Assembly (NCBI GenBank): GCA_964016885.1
Contig: CAXHJY010001283.1
Span: 11,970 to 75,969 of the forward strand
Length of the DNA stretch: 64,000 nt
DNA from: Eledone cirrhosa
Taxonomy: Eukaryota
Reading direction: 5' to 3'
In this document: piece by piece, positions 14,001 through 26,559 of the stretch
Position numbering within the stretch: position 1 is the stretch's first letter
Layout of the letters: each line of letters begins with the position of its first letter
Made by a program: the position numbers and the translations under genes
The notes under the pieces: model-generated
Database searches by the model: none
What the model was told of the DNA's origin: nothing
The model's input: the letters and a program-made list of their open reading frames with translations, nothing else

Positions 14001-16700
14001 CCCAGTACACTCTGTAAAGTGGTAGAGTTGGTGTCATGATATAATACACCCAGTACACTCTGTAAAGTGGTAGAGTTGGTGTCATTATATTACACACCCA
14101 GTACACTCTGTAAAGTGGTAGTATTGGTGTCAAGATAGAATACACCCAGTACACTCTGTAAAGTGGTAGAGTTGGTGTCATGATATAATACACCCAGTAC
14201 ACTCTGTAAAGTGGTAGAGTTGGTGTCATTATATTACACACCCAGTACACTCTGTAAAGGGGTAGTGTTGGTGTCATGATAAAATACACCTAGTACACTC
14301 TGTAAAGTGGTAGTGTTGGTGTCATGATAGAATACACCCTGTACACTCTGTAAAGTGGTAGTGTTGGTGTCATGATAGAATACACCCAGTACACTCTGTA
14401 AAGTGGTAGTGTTGGTGTCATGATATAATACACCCAGTTCACTCTGTAAAGTGGTAGTGTTAGTGTCATGATAAAATACACCCAGTACACTCTGTAAAGT
14501 GGTAGTGTTGGTGTCATGATAGAATACACCCAGTACACTCTGTAAAGTGGTAGTGTTGGTGTCATGATATAATACACCCAGTACACTCTGTAAAGTGGTA
14601 GTGTTGGTGTCATGATGGAATACACCCAGTACACTCTGTAAAGTGGTGGTGTTGGTGTCATGATATAATACACCCTGTACACTCTGTAAAGTGGTAGTGT
14701 TGGTGTCCTGATATAATACACCCAGTACACTCTGTGAAGTGGTGGTGTTGGTGTCATGATAGAATACACCCAGTACACTCTGTAAAGTGGTAGAGTTGGT
14801 GTCATGATATAATACACCCAGTACACTCTGTAAAGTGGTGGTGTTGGTGTCATGATATAATACACCCAGTACACTCTGTAAAGTGGTAGAGTTGGTGTCA
14901 TGATATAATACACCCAGTACACTCTGTAAAGTGGTAGTGTTGGTGTCATGATATAATACACCAATTACACTCTGTAAAGTGGTAGTGTTGGTGTCATGAT
15001 AAAATATACCCAGTACACTCTGTAAAGTGGTAGAGTTGGTGTCATTATATTACACACCCAGTACACTCTGTAAAGTGGTAGTATTGGTGTCATGATAGAA
15101 TACACCCAGTACACTCTGTAAAGTGGTAGAGTTGGTGTCATGATATAATACACCCAGTACACTCTGTAAAGTGGTAGAGTTGGTGTCATTATATTACACA
15201 CCCACTACACTCTGTAAAGGGGTAGTGTTGGTGTCATGATAAAATACACCTAGTACACTCTGTAAAGTGGTAGTGTTGGTGTCATGATAGAATACACCCT
15301 GTACACTCTGTAAAGTGGTAGTGTTGGTATCATGATATAATACACCCAGTACACTCTGTAAAGTGGTAGTGTTGGTGTCATGATAAAATACATCCAGTAC
15401 ACTCTGTAAAGTGGTAGTGTTGGTGTCATGATAGAATACACCCAGTACACTCTGTAAAGTGGTAGTGTTGGTGTCATGATATAATACACCCAGTTCACTC
15501 TGTAAAGTGGTAGTGTTAGTGTCATGATAAAATACACCCAGTACACTCTGTAAAGTGGTAGTGTTGGTGTCATGATAGAATACATCCAGTACACTCTGTA
15601 AAGTGGTAGTGTTGGTGTCATGATAGAATACATCCAGTACACTCTGTAAAGTGGTAGTGTTGGTGTCATGATATAATACACCCAGTACACTCTGTAAAGT
15701 GGTGGTGTTGGTGTCATGATATAATACACCCTGTACACTCTGTAAAGTGGTAGTGTTGGTGTCATGATAGAATACATCCAGTACACTCTGTAAAGTGGTA
15801 GTGTTGGTGTCATGATATAATACACCCAGTACACTCTGTAAAGTGGTGGTGTTGGTGTCATGATATAATACACCCAGTAAACTCTGTAAAGTGGTAGTGT
15901 TGGTGTCATGATAGAATACATCCAGTACACTCTGTAAAGTGGTAGTGTTGGTGTCATGATAGAATACATCCAGTACACTCTGTAAAGTGGTGGTGTTGGT
16001 GTCATGATATAATACACCCAGTAAACTCTAAAGTGGTAGTGTTGGTGTCATGATAGAATACATCCAGTACACTCTGTAAAGTGGTAGTGTTGGTGTCATG
16101 ATAGAATACATCCAGTACACTCTGTAAAGTGGTGGTGTTGGTGTCATGATAAAATACATCCAGTACACTCTGTAAAGTGGTAGTGTTGGTGTCATGATAG
16201 AATACACCCAGTACACTCTGTAAAGTGGTAGTGTTGGTGTCATGATAGAATACATCCAGTACACTCTGTAAAGTGGTGGTGTTGGTGTCATGATAAAATA
16301 CATCCAGTACACTCTGTAAAGTGGTAGTGTTGGTGTCATGATAGAATACACCCAGTACACTCTGTAAAGTGGTAGTGTTGGTGTCATGATAGAATACATC
16401 CAGTACACTCTGTAAAGTGGTGGTGTTGGTGTCATGATAAAATACATCCAGTACACTCTGTAAAGTGGTAGTGTTGGTGTCATGATAGAATACACCCAGT
16501 ACACTCTGTAAAGTGGTAGTGTTGGTGTCATGATAGAATACATCCAGTACACTCTGTAAAGTGGTGGTGTTGGTGTCATGATAAAATACATCCAGTACAC
16601 TCTGTAAGGTGGTAGTGTTGGTGTCATGATAGAATACATCCAGTACACTCTGTAAAGTGGTGGTGTTGGTGTCATGATAAAATACATCCAGTACACTGTA
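8010..16700. repeat. 48-bp satellite array, about 180 copies, inside a NIPSNAP intron
   Basis: Unit actctgtaaagtggtagtgttggtgtcatgatataatacacccagtac; one 2-bp deletion near 13728. Confidence 0.98.
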
Positions 16701-16930
16701 AGGAATTAGTGCTGCAGCTTATGTAGGTTTAGTCGGTCTCCTACAAGGATGTATCTCATAGGAGGTCTTGGATGTTTTAATAATAGGGACCCCAGTCCTA
16801 CCATGAAAAGCAATGTGAAATGAAGTGAATTGCTCAGAAATGCAATACACAATTCTGTCCACAAATCATGTAGGTGAATCGGGGGTGTAGATATGATGTG
16901 AAATTTAACAGAAGACTGAGAGGATGTGGG

Positions 16931-18489
16931 CAGGGCCGTCTTAACGCATGGGCACGCTGGGTAGTTGCCCGGGGGCCCCACGAGGATAGGGGGCCCATGC
17001 TAATCTATGTATGTAGCGACCACCTCTCTAAAGTGTTTTTTTTAAAAAGTTCTGGCAAAATGGTATTAAAATTAATATAATTTTTCTTTACAAAACTGGT
17101 CACTCCTTCAAACCGTACACCAGCCACTTTTTAAAATATTTGTTATAATAAATATATTAATTATAACCTCATAATACTGGCAACAACAACATTTTTTTTA
17201 ATATAAAAATTCCCTACATAATAAAAAAATTTTAATTAGAATATTTAGTTTCTGTGGCAATTGAGCATCATGATACCATTACAGTTTTTTGTTTGGTAAG
17301 ATTTGAATGGCGACCCTCAGGGAATATTTGGTTTAACCCTTTAGTGTTCAAACCGCCCGAAAACACCCACACTAAACATTTATTCTAAAAATAAACAAAC
17401 CATCATCAAAATCTCGTCAATTCGAGACTGCTGCAAGATTAGGCCTTTACCGTGAAAATTAACACTTAATATAGTGAAACAACTTAAAACAACAAGTGTT
17501 TTTTTAACTTTGAAAGTGCAAGTAGCGATACCGACTTTGAAGGTTTTATACATGGCGACATTCAGAATAAACAAGAAACAAATGATAATATTAGTGATTT
17601 ATCATCAAATGAATCAGATGTTTATATTTCTGAAATTTCGTCCGACGATGATTGTTTTGAAAGTGAAAATGAAGGAGATCTCCAGGACGCCATTGAAAAT
17701 ATTACAGCAATGTGGTTGAAAAATACCACACCAATATATGTTCCTGATTTTATTTAAATTACTGGTCCACAACACACATTACCTCCCGATGCTAAAGCAC
17801 TGGATTATTTCTTTTTGTTTTTACCACAAACTTTCTTCTAAGTTGTGGCAGAAGAGATTAATCGATATGCCCAACAACAGATTTCAAATCAGGTAAAACC
17901 CGATCTGTTATGGCGACCAACAGATGTTGCAGAAATGCAAGCATTTTTTACCGTAAATAATATGTTCGGTATAAAACAATTTCCAAGACTGTGGAGGAGA
18001 AAGTTCATTTTCAAGACTGAGACTTATAAAAAATCAGCTTCACAGCAGTGTTTGAACTGGCTTTCACTCATGTGTATGGAAAATGAAATCCTGAAAACCA
18101 TTGACTTCAAGCCAATTATAAAGCAATTCTCTTCAAAGAAATTTCGCAAATATTTGTATTGACCACCTGATTATTAATAAATAGTTCATCGTAATTTGAT
18201 ACTGCGCGATCTCTGTCTGTATGTTTTATGAATTGAATATCATTTGTGCTGAAATTTTTGTGTTTTTCAAGGCTCATGTTATATTGTTCAAACGTTTGTG
18301 TTAATTAATCTTTGATGTACCACATGTTTTTAATGTATAAACACTGATTTCGTTGGAAATACCAATACAATGAATATATCTTTAATTATATTGATCATTT
18401 GTATTTTTATTCCTGTGAGTGGTTGTGTAGGTAGGGGCCTCAGTGCTCTGCTTTGTCCGGGGGCCTATAATGCTGTTAAGATGGCCTTG
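16931..18489 (+). mobile_element. Non-autonomous hAT DNA transposon with remnant C-terminal dimerisation domain
   Basis: TIRs cagggccgtcttaac / gttaagatggccttg; 8-bp TSD gatgtggg at 16923-16930 and 18490-18497; ESSFSRLRLIKN...LNWLSLMCMENEILKTIDF at about 17995-18160. Confidence 0.88.
17333..17990 (+). mobile_element. piggyBac 5' fragment nested in the hAT element
   Basis: TTAA-CCCTTT start; acidic N-terminus, then ALDYFFLFL..AEEINRYAQQ..W.PTDVAEMQAF (PGBD-like transposase N-terminus). Confidence 0.75.
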
Positions 18490-18519
18490 GATGTGGGGTA
18501 TATCTCTGGTCTGACTTAC

Positions 18520-18663
18520 CTTCAAAACATAACTTCGCAACTCATAGATGTGACTGCGACTGGCTGATGGTGTTTCACGTGGCCAAAAACTAAAACGCAA
18601 TAGAATCTGGTTACGTCGAGAACGTAACATCTTGTTACGTTTTGATCGGAACTCCAAGAAGTC
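18520..18663 (-). CDS. NIPSNAP: NIPSNAP coding exon (144 nt; [27 protein letters not shown]...[10 protein letters not shown])
   Basis: ttttattgcag acceptor, gtaagt donor; SRxNQxLLxFSFW and IYELRSY motifs; phase 0/0. Confidence 0.95.
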
Positions 18664-19039
18664 CTGCAATAAAAAAATAAGAGATGTGATATAGCATGTG
18701 AGTAAATGAGTGAGAGAGAGAGAGAGAGAGTATAGAGTAAGTGTGTGTGAGAGACAAAGACACATACACACAAATATATATTCGTAAGTATGGAAAAACG
18801 GATGTAAAAACGATGATGATCACACACACACATATGTATATGAGTGCTACTGATAACATGTAACCCAGTACAACCTGTTGCATGGGAGGGTCTCGGCGAC
18901 TAAACCGGCAACCCCACCAAGTTTACTTGGTGAGGAGGGTGATTCTGGACACCCTGCAGGACAAAAAATAAAACCTGACAAAGGGTGGAAGAACTCATAA
19001 GAGTCAATGGCCATCCAAAAATGTGTAAAGATGTATTCT

Positions 19040-20905
19040 AGGGTGAGTAAAATTCCCCGAGATCCATGGAGAAGTTCTCTCCAGTGGTCTCTGTCCCTCA
19101 TTATCGCCGCCATGTCCTGTGTCTCCAACAGACCAGTGTCTGTCCTTAGGGCATCAACATACGTTAACCTTGGTCTTCCTCTTCCAGTGTGTCCATGTAG
19201 GGGCTCCCACAGGAGCACTGAGTGCAATGTCAACTCTGGATGTCGGTGAGCATGTCCAGCTAACCTCAGTCTTCTCTGTGTCACTTTTGAGCTGACTTTT
19301 GGGAGGCTCCCATACAGCTCTGAGTTCTTCATCCTCAGTGTATACAGATTAATGTTCAGAGCCATCCTCAGCATTCTCGTGTAGCACCCGTCCACCATCT
19401 GAGTGAGTTTCTTGGTCAGTGTCCAAGTCTCAGACCTGTACAGCAGCACAGATTCCACTACAGCAATGAGTGCCTGAGATGGAGAAGAAGCTCAGGGACA
19501 ACCAGAACGGCTTCAGAGAGGGAAGATCAACCACCAGTCACATCCTGATGCTGAGGAGGATATTATAGGGAGATAGAGCAAAGTGCCTTCCTGCGGTCAT
19601 GGTTTTCATTGACTTTAGGAAGGCCTTTGATTCTGTGGACCGTTACTGCCTGATGAAGATCTTACAGGCTTATGGCATCCCCAAGAAGATAGTGGACCTG
19701 ATATCACTGCTCTACACCAACACCCAAGTCATTACACCTGATGGGATGACAGAGTTCTTTGAGATACTGTCTGGAGTGCTCCAGGGAGATACATTGGCTC
19801 CCTACCTTTTTATCATCGTAGTGGACTATTGTATGCACCTTGCACTGGAGAAACACCAGGACTCTGGCTTTACTGTAGCACCGGCTCAGAGCAGGAGAGT
19901 TAGGGCGAAAAAGGTATCGGATGCTGAATTTGCCGACGACAGTTTTAATAATAATAATAATAATAATAATGAAATATTGTGTACAGTGCTCAGGTGCACT
20001 ACAACTCATCAAAAAGTGTATGTATAGTACATAGGGTAATGTACAAACATCAGGAAAATGAACAGTGCAAGAGTCATGATATACACATAATAATGAAATT
20101 ATTGTGTAAAGTGCTCAGGTGCACTACAACTCGTCAAAGGTGTATGTATAGTACATAGAATAATACACAAATGTCAGGGAAGTACATGTGTGTATGTGTT
20201 AGCTGTAGTGTTGGCGGATCTCGGGAAGCATGGAGGCCTTAAAGGATGCAGTGTCTCGACAGCTAACAACTGATGCAGGTAGTTTGTTCCATGCTTCAGC
20301 AACTCTGAGCGTGAAAAAATGTTTCCGAAAGTCATGGGAACTGTGCTGTTTTCTTACTTTGTAGGCATGTCCACGTGTGTTAGACACATGGAAATCAAAA
20401 AGGTACTCAGGGTTGTTGTTGGCAAGATGGTTAACAATTTTGTGGGTGTTTACCAAGTCAGTTGCCAGGCGTCGGAGCTTCAATGAAACCATGCCCAGGG
20501 AAGCAAGGCGCTCAGAGTATGGTAGATGCCTGATGGAGGGTATTCACTTGGTTGCACGTCTCTGAACAGTTTCCAGGCGGTCAATGTTGGTGACAAATAC
20601 AGTGAAGGAGGCAGAGGATTTGATGCAGGAGGTTGAGACTGTGTCGATGAGTGTGGTGCTGAGAATGAATGAGACTAAAACAAAATATCTGGTAGAGAAT
20701 GTTGAGAAGCCAGAGGGGATCAGTAATGTAGGCGGGAAGCCGCTAGAATTGGTTGAGGGCTTCCTGTATTTGGGAGCAAAGATTGGGAATACAGAAGATG
20801 ATGTGGTTGAGAGGAAGAGAAAGGCCTGGGCGGTGTGCCACAGCTTGAGTTTGGTGTGGAAGTCGGACCTTTGGAAAGACCTGAAAATCCGCCTCTTCAT
20901 TGTAA
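19040..20905 (-). mobile_element. RTE LINE lineage C with inverted 5' part (19468-20905 on +, 3' part 19040-19468 on -)
   Basis: QNGFREGRST, FIDFRKAFDSV, GVLQGDTLAPYLF, EFADD and FLYLG on +; ESVLLY.SETW...RLAGH on -; breakpoints share cattg. Confidence 0.9.
19946..20584 (-). mobile_element. CR1-clade LINE 3' end inserted just after the FADD motif of the RTE-C copy
   Basis: LETVQRRATK, YSERLASLG..SL..RR..DL, NTRGH..K, RKHFFTLRV..WNKLP; (ATT)n tail. Confidence 0.9.
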
Positions 20906-20964
20906 AGATGTATATACATGTGTATGTATGTATATATATATACATGTATTCATGTGTATGTATA

Positions 20965-21215
20965 TGCACGGGGACATACAAATAATTGGACTGGATACCC
21001 ACTTGCGCGGTTAAACCACTGGGAGTGAAGGACCCCTAGCCTTTGTCAGGGCATTCTTCTAGGAAAAGGCAACTCAGGAAACTGGGATAACTCCGATATA
21101 AAACCTGTGGCTAAGTAGTTACCGATGATGTTGATCTTTTCTTCTTTTCGGGTTATAGCTACTGTCGCTCAGAGAGTGGGATTGATTCAGTGCACAGTCT
21201 TTCCTCACTTTAAAA
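20965..21215 (+). mobile_element. Dispersed repeat resembling a LINE 5' leader (inverted copies at 5455-5580 and 27228-27420)
   Basis: Three diverged copies in the window; family not identified. Confidence 0.55.
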
Positions 21216-21492
21216 AAGTGAGAGAACGGTCAGAGATACACTGGCTCTTCCGATGATTTTGTTTCAATATTATTATGTATGAATATATATATATTCAGGT
21301 TTGTGGTTCACCACTGTATAGAGCTGGTCTATTCCGTATGGCCAATTGTAATGTAATAATATAGAGAGTACTCAACGTAAGGCAGTTCAACCGTCTTTAT
21401 TTTTGTAGTTGGTGGTGCTATTACGGAGTTAAATATTATAATGAAATGACAGGAGGCTGGATTTACACAAATCCAGCCTCCTGTCATTTCAT

Positions 21493-21525
<33 letters not shown>

Positions 21526-21530
21526 TTATA

Positions 21531-22100
21531 TTGTTATACTTTGGGAGGGTCAAAAACACATGCACCTGTTGATTTTCACTTCAATTTATAAATTTACGGT
21601 TGGTTGGTTCAATAACTGTAAAGTTGTTTATATATTGTCAAAGTTCTTTTGTCACATTCTGTGACCTCCTCAATGACTAAGCTTATATTTTGTGTGTTGT
21701 GTTTAGTTTGCGCATGTGTTACATCCGTGTGTGTGTGTGTTTATTTACTTGTCACTAGTTGGTTATTTGTTCTATCTGTGTGACTGATTTGTTTTGTTAG
21801 CTTGGTTTTTGTGTGTGTCTGTGTGTCTTCATTTTGTCCTTGATTACTAGTGATGTTGCTTTTCCACTCATGTTTTCTGTTTGATTTGGGTTGGAGTTTG
21901 TTTATATTTGTTGCCTCAGCGAGGATATAATTTTTATCTCTATGTTCTTTAATGTGCCCCTATGTTCTATTTTGGGATATTGATGGAGTACTGAGGAGTT
22001 TTTCCAATCCCGGAGTTCTCACTTCCTTTCTCCTTTGGTTGTCTCACATGATAGATTCTTTGAACAGATGATTATTGAGCTTTGTGCAGAGAATCATTAT
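21531..22100 (-). mobile_element. Penelope-like element 3' end/pLTR with degenerate hammerhead (about 21640-21680)
   Basis: Minus strand SSVLHQY...IEIKII...PKSNRKHEW; TTGAGGA-gtcac agaat gtgac-AAAA. Confidence 0.6.
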
Positions 22101-22146
22101 TGATATATATTTTATATATATTGATTAAACCTAAAATTAGTATGTA

Positions 22147-22835
22147 TCATCATCATCACCGTTTTACGTCCGTTCTTCCACGCTAGCATGGGTTAGACGA
22201 GTTGTCCTGTTGTGGGCAGTGCCTGGTCGGCTGACCATGCCTTGCTCATACAGGAACTGATTTGCTTGATTTCTACAGCCGGATGCCCTTCCTAACACCA
22301 ACCTCATTTACAGTGAGTGCTGGGTGCTTTTTCGCGGCGCCTACACGTCCACTTTACAGTGTGGGCTGGGTGCTTTTTTTGCCGTGGCACCTCCACGACC
22401 ACCTTGTGGTGGGGGGTGTGGGGGCATATTGTGTATATGCTTCAGCTTGTACCCATGGGAGGTCGGGTACTCTGTATTACTGCGTGACGCCAGAAGTCAC
22501 GATCGTGTGTCATTGCCTTTGAGAGGTGTAATTGGGTAAGGTCGGCTTTTATCACCTCATCCCAGGTTATCTTGGGTCTCCCCACTCCGCGGTTTCCATC
22601 GACTTCTAGTGTTCTGCACCCTTTTATGCAGCTGTCATCCTTCATACGCATCACATGTCCATACCAACACAACCACCTCTCCTGCACACAGCATTTGATT
22701 CCTCTTATGCTCAGTCTCCCTCTCAATTCATTTATGCTTTGTCGTTCACGTATATTACTGTTACACATCCATCGGAGCATGCAGGCTTCGTTTCTCTCTA
22801 ATCTACGTAAGTCTTCCACCTTCAGCGCCCAGGTC
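22147..22835 (-). mobile_element. RTE lineage A (subfamily A2) 3' fragment
   Basis: ORF 22442..22819 and 3'UTR closely similar to 37960-38654. Confidence 0.92.
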
Positions 22836-22894
22836 TGTATGTATATATATATATAAAAATAAACTTTTTAATATGTATGTGTGTGTGTAATATA

Positions 22895-23310
22895 TCCATC
22901 ATTGTCAATTAACGCCCATCTTCCACGCTAGCATGGGTTTTGCCCCAATTAGAGGCAAGTTGTGTCGGGTGATTGTGTCTCACTCTAAAGGAGAGTTTCG
23001 GGCTGGTTTTCTACAGCTGGATGCCCTTCCTAATGCCAACCACATTTACAGTGTGGACTGGGAGCCTTTTTACCATGTCTCCTCCACAATCACTTTACAG
23101 TGTGGGCTGGATGTTCTCTACAGTGTGGACTAGGGAGGGGGAAAAAGATGTGGACAGGGTAGTAGGGGAGATATGGTTACTGCTAAGGGAGGTGGATGAG
23201 AGGGGATAGCAGGTTGAGGAAGATGTTGCCTACTAGGTATAAGTCTTATCCCTAGAACAATGGAGGGTGGGTCTTCTGTAAAACTGCATAGCACCAAAGG
23301 TCAAGGTCCT
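22895..23310 (-). mobile_element. RTE lineage A 3'UTR-only fragment
   Basis: Homologous to 43300-43720. Confidence 0.8.
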
Positions 23311-23312
23311 GA

Positions 23313-23350
<38 letters not shown>

Positions 23351-23382
23351 TTTTGATATATATATGTGTGTGTAATATATAT

Positions 23383-25946
23383 CATCATCATCATCGTTTA
23401 TCTTCCACGCTAGCATGGGTTAGATTGTTTTGTCCCACTTGAGGCGAGATTGATCAGGAGACCGTGTCTCACTCGTACAGAACTGTCCCTGTCAGGTTTT
23501 CCACAACTGGTGCCCTTCCTAATGCCAACCACATTTACAGTGTGGACTGGGAGCCTTTTTACCGTGACTCCTCCACAACCACTTTACAGTGTAGACTGGG
23601 TCCTTTTTATCGTGTCACCGACATGACCACTTTACAGTGGATGGAAATGAGAGGATGGAGTAGGGTGTGAGGGGTGGGGTGTGTATTTGGTTAAGAGGTG
23701 CCTACTGTCTGTAGGTTTAAGATTGTTTGCAAGGGAAGGCAGGTCTTCTGTACAACTGCATGGCGCCAAAGACCTTGATCCAGTGACATTGTCTTAGAGA
23801 GGGGTAAGTGAGCAAGGTCAGTTTTTATCCCCTCATCCCAGATTTTTCTTGGTCTACCCACTCCGTAACTTCCATCAATTTTCATTGCCCTGCACTTTTT
23901 TATATAGCTGTTGTCCTTCATATGTATCACATGTCCATACCAACGCAATCTACTCATGGAATTTCTACCTACTCCTTTCTTACACACTGAGCATGGCCCT
24001 TTCCCTGAGGGCACCTGTGCCCTATTCTCCTTTCTACAAACTAGAACTTTAGTCTTAGACAAGTTAACTTTAAGGCCTTTCGATTCTAGGCCATGCTTAC
24101 ATGTTTGGAATTTCTTCTCTAGTTCAGCCATAGATTCAGCTATGAGAGTTAGATCATCTGCATATAGAAGTTCCCATGGGCAGCCAATCTTAAACCCCAC
24201 TGTTAATAAACAGGAGGGGGCTAAGGATGGAGCCTTGGTGAACACCAACTTTTATGCTAAATTCTTCACTGTATTCATTGTTAATTTTAACCTTACTGAC
24301 TGTTTCTTTATACATGGCTTGTATAGCTCTCACAAGCCATTCATCTACACCTAGTTTTCTAAGGGCCCACCAGATAATGGAGCAGGGGACTCTGTCAAAG
24401 GCTTTCTCCAAGTCAACAAAAACTTAGAGGGGTTTACTTTTAGCTAGGTACTTCTCCTGTTGTTGCCGTACAAGGAAAAGAGCGTCTGTGGTACTTTTAC
24501 CTGACACAAACACAAACTGCATTTCATCTAGATCAATTCTCTCTCTGATTAGTTGTGTTATAACTTTTTCTGTGACCTTCATGACCTGGTCAACTAATTT
24601 AATACCTCTCTAGTTTTCTCGATCTAGGGCATCTCTTTTACCCTTGTAACAGTTGACGATGTTGCTGCTATGCCAGTCATTTGGTATGACCTCATTCAGT
24701 ATAACTTAGTTTACTATCCGGGTGACCATAGTATGTCCCACCATTCCAGATGCTTTCAACATCCCAGCAACTATCTCCGAAGGCCCAGCTGCCTTGCCTG
24801 TCTTCATATCTTTGATTACCTTACTTACTACACTACCATCAACTTGCACTGCTGGTCCTTCTATTGGATCATTTAGTAGTCTCTCGTAGTGACACTTCCA
24901 AGCTATCTTATCAGTATCAGTGAGGGCAAGTACACCATCGTCATTACGGACGCACATCTTCCTGGCAATATAATTCTCCTTGACATATTGCCTCACAATC
25001 CTGAACACTCCATGTCTTTGACCCTCACGTAGTAGAATATACTTGAACTTACTATCTTCTGCTTCCCTGTTTGCGAAGTACACTCGTCTCCTAGCTACCC
25101 AATAGAGTTCTCTACTATCCCCATCCTGCCATTCTTTCCAAGCCTGCTTTTTGCCCTTGATGGACTCCTCCACCTTACTGTTCCACCACCATGTCACTCT
25201 CCTCCTACCTATAGGTCTGCTCCAGCCACAGATTTCATCTGTCGCCTTCAACAGGTTAAATTTCAAGAATTCCCACTGTTCCTCTATATTGTATGTCTCT
25301 AATTGCTCTTCCTTACTGTCAAAAGCATCAAGTAATATGCTTTTAAATTTGTTACTGGCTGTGGGGTCCTTCAACTTCCATATTCTTCTCAAGGTAGTCC
25401 TCCTCTGTCGTCGAGTACATCTGGTCCTGACTATGAGGTCACTAACTATGAGGCTATGTTGGGAGGTGCATTCTTCGTGAGGGAGGGACTTAGTGTTTAC
25501 AACAGACACTCTGTCACGTCTTCTAGTAAGGATATAATCTATCTGGCTGGCGTGTTCCCCTGATCTATTGGTGATGAAATGATTGTCTTGTTTTTTTGAA
25601 GTTTGTGTTACAGATAGTTAGGTTATTAGCGTCACAGGATTCCAGGATTCTGAAGCCTTCTTCATTTCTATTACCAACCCCATAGCCTCCATGGATTCCG
25701 TCATAGCCATCACTATGTTGTCCAATGTGACCGTTTAGGTCGCCAGCAATAATTTTGTAGTCACTGTCAGTTACTTGGGAGGTAGCGAGCATTAGCAACT
25801 CATAGAACCTGTCTTTTATAACATCTGGTAGTCCAGATTGGGGTGCATAAGCAGATATTATTGACACAGTTGTTCTATTTAGAACTAGTCTTATTTTAAT
25901 TATTCTGTCATTCACTCTATTAATGGCAATTACCTTATCTACCCAT
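23383..25946 (-). mobile_element. RTE lineage A, long degraded copy (APE endonuclease, RT, partial PHD, 3'UTR)
   Basis: [27 protein letters not shown] and YADD motifs; frameshifts and an internal deletion. Confidence 0.93.
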
Positions 25947-26433
25947 TTATATATATACATATATAGTTGGCGTTCCTTCGGCAACTGTTGAAACCAGCGC
26001 AATGATTCATCTACCATCTCTTCTAATGAAGTGAAAAGAAATTTTCAAAGATGTTGCTTTAATAACTTGAACACCTAACGATCACAAATTTAAGTTGAGA
26101 CAATAGGGTGATTGTCACTATTCTCCTCTGGAAAATATCTTTTGTGGATTGAGCAGTTCGATGCATGAATTATAAACTCACAAGAATGACAATAAAATAA
26201 TTATACATAGGCCTGTGACAAAATACAGCATTCATACAGAATATCGCACACATACAACAAAGTTCAAATTCCAACTAATATTAACTACATTTACTGCTAT
26301 ATACGGCACAACCTACTATACGTTATTGCCACGCCAAATATATATACACACATACATACATAGAGAGTGGATAGGAAAGGTTTAAGACAACGAAAGATTA
26401 GTACAAATTTATAGAGAAACAACCACAATTTAC

Positions 26434-26504
26434 CTTGTCAGTTCTATACTTCACTGTGGCATTGTTTAATGCTGGGTAGCCACCATCGTATTCCCAGATG
26501 TGAA
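26434..26504 (-). CDS. NIPSNAP: NIPSNAP coding exon (71 nt; I-HIWEYDGGYPALNNATVKYRTDK)
   Basis: atacag acceptor, gtaaat donor; HxWxYxGGYPAL motif. Confidence 0.93.
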
Positions 26505-26559
26505 CTGTATGGTAGAAAAAACAAAAATGTAAAATTTACAGAAGCTTACACCAATTTAA

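Noticed and set aside
7983-16696. Very long repetitive ORFs (up to 2095 aa) on the minus strand
   Set aside because: Artefact of a 48-bp unit (a multiple of 3) lacking stops in two frames; lies in a NIPSNAP intron; variants create frameshifts and stops at random
7005-16700. CRISPR-like array
   Set aside because: Head-to-tail repeats with no unique spacers, no cas genes, eukaryotic context
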